A DNA stretch of 64,000 bases from a virus (taxonomy: Duplodnaviria > Heunggongvirae > Uroviricota > Caudoviricetes): IMG/VR virus record IMGVR_UViG_3300028887_000087, one strand, 5' to 3'. Position numbers and translations under genes: made by a program. Below, piece by piece: positions 62,962-64,000 of this stretch (position 1 is its first letter; every line of letters starts with the position of its first letter). The notes below the pieces were generated by a model. The model was given only the letters and a program-made list of their open reading frames with translations. It ran no database searches and was not told the origin of the DNA.

Positions 62962-64000
62962 TTGAGTATATCTCTTACATCTTATGGTGCTGCTGGCGAA
63001 GTCACTGGCTCAAAACACTTATTGTCTATCAACGATGAAAAATATTTAATTGATTGCGGCGCTTGGCAAGGCAATCAGGAAGCTAATCAAAGAAACAAAG
63101 AATTCACATTACCTGATACTGATAAATTATCGGGAGTCTTTTTAACACACGCTCACTTTGACCATTCAGGTCTTTTACCAAAATTGGTTAAGGACGGGTA
63201 CAAAGGTAAAATCTATTCAACACCTGCAACTCGTGACCTTGCTTCAATTATTTTACTTGACTCAGCAAAGATTCAAAAATATGAAAAGCCTGCTCCTGCT
63301 TACAATGAACAGGATGTTGTAAATACAATGGACTATTTCCGTTGTCATTATTACCATAAGAAGAAGTATGTAAATGACAACCTTACATTTACTTTTTATG
63401 ATGCAGGACATATCTTAGGCTCTTCAATGATTGATATTGAGATTCCTAAAAAGAAGTCATTGTTGAGAAAACTTCTTAAGAAAGAAAACAAAAAGATGCA
63501 CATTCTTTTTACGGGTGACTTAGGCCGTAAATCAAATCCGATTACAAATGAGCCTGAGACTTGTATGCCCGCGCCTGACTACATCGTAATGGAAAGTACC
63601 TACGGCAACCGTACACATCAGTCATCTGAAGTTTGTTATACACAGCTTGAAGAGATTATCAATAAAACAATCGAAAGAGGCGGAAAGGTTATCATTCCAT
63701 CTTTTGCAATTGAAAGAGCTCAGGAAATTATTTACAACATCAAACTTTTGATGAGAGATAAGAAAATTCCAAAAGTTCCTGTTTATGTTGACTCTCCTAT
63801 GGCAACTGCAGCAACAGGTGTTTTCAATATTCACCCTGAGTGTTTTAATAAAAAGATTGTTGAGCAGTTTGTAAGTCAAGGTAAAAATCCATTCAGTGTT
63901 CGATCTTTGCACTGTATTACTGACTTCAAGGACTCACAAAGAATTGCAAAAACTGATAAGCCTTGTATTGTAATTGCTGCAAACGGTATGTGTGAAGCAG
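62962..64000 (+). CDS. metallo-beta-lactamase-fold nuclease (RNase J / beta-CASP-like), TTG start, 3'-partial
   Basis: GGAGG RBS 5 nt before TTG 62962; EVTGS start, HAHFDHSG (HxHxDH), FTGDLGR, ESTYG motifs; ORF runs off window end. Confidence 0.65.
   Translation, partial: MSISLTSYGAAGEVTGSKHLLSINDEKYLIDCGAWQGNQEANQRNKEFTLPDTDKLSGVFLTHAHFDHSGLLPKLVKDGYKGKIYSTPATRDLASIILLDSAKIQKYEKPAPAYNEQDVVNTMDYFRCHYYHKKKYVNDNLTFTFYDAGHILGSSMIDIEIPKKKSLLRKLLKKENKKMHILFTGDLGRKSNPITNEPETCMPAPDYIVMESTYGNRTHQSSEVCYTQLEEIINKTIERGGKVIIPSFAIERAQEIIYNIKLLMRDKKIPKVPVYVDSPMATAATGVFNIHPECFNKKIVEQFVSQGKNPFSVRSLHCITDFKDSQRIAKTDKPCIVIAANGMCEA

Noticed and set aside
63622-63912. 96-aa minus-strand ORF
   Set aside because: It is embedded antisense in the MBL nuclease gene, which has clear HxHxDH motifs on the + strand.
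1-64000. tRNA genes, CRISPR arrays, integrase or transposase
   Set aside because: The few intergenic gaps above 60 nt (21127-21224, 26620-26681, 28755-28951, 46363-46461, 57037-57165) contain only promoter and terminator elements and no cloverleaf-compatible segments. No direct-repeat arrays were seen, and no tyrosine or serine recombinase motifs appear in any ORF.
1-64000. Alternative genetic code (stop-codon reassignment as in Lak or some crAss-like phages)
   Set aside because: TAA, TGA and TAG all terminate well-supported ORFs (for example TAG at 62071 and 3722, TGA at 906 and 1603), and no in-frame stops interrupt motif-bearing genes.

Overview
This 64 kb window looks like a slice of a large, AT-rich, virulent-type tailed-phage (or phage-like) genome. 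It holds about 95 densely packed CDSs, many translationally coupled through ATGA or TAATG overlaps, and all but one are on the + strand. Ribosome-binding sites are Firmicutes-type GGAGG. I found no tRNA, rRNA, CRISPR array, integrase or transposase. All homology calls below come from reading conserved motifs in the ORF translations; none has been checked against a database.

Gene blocks:
- 0.1-11.6 kb: small early-type genes. These include a four-member tandem paralog array, zinc-ribbon proteins and a C5-cytosine-methyltransferase-like enzyme whose motif IV is atypical.
- 11.7-32.8 kb: large, structural-looking genes. These include an acidic low-complexity protein with transmembrane segments, a 1970-aa giant protein with an extraordinary Trp-rich segment, BspA-type LRR proteins, an XPD/DinG Fe-S helicase, a 690-aa coiled-coil (scaffold/protease-like) protein and a flotillin/SPFH protein.
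- 33.4-40.4 kb: ThyX-like, macro domain, AAA+ ATPase, membrane GGDEF diguanylate cyclase, and an HD-domain CCA-adding enzyme.
- 44.6-56.1 kb: an auxiliary block encoding what reads as a complete Preiss-Handler NAD+ salvage pathway (PncA, NAPRT-like, NadD, NadE). It also contains a Nudix hydrolase, a metallophosphoesterase, a vWA protein and a PurA/PurZ-like adenylosuccinate-synthetase homolog.
- 56.7-64 kb: a lone minus-strand membrane gene, a terminator-flanked 957-aa probable major virion protein, a HIGH-motif nucleotidyltransferase, Cys/Gly-rich tandem duplicates, and a partial beta-CASP MBL nuclease.

Two recurring promoter-like motif classes are visible:
- A bipartite AAACTTT-N12-TTTATATTAT(ATTTGTAA) element (about 10 copies), always followed by a strong SD.
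- A (TG)TTAATAT -10-like box (about 10 copies). Six copies sit 6-8 nt before an ATG with no SD, consistent with leaderless mRNAs.

Several Rho-independent terminators delimit the transcription units.
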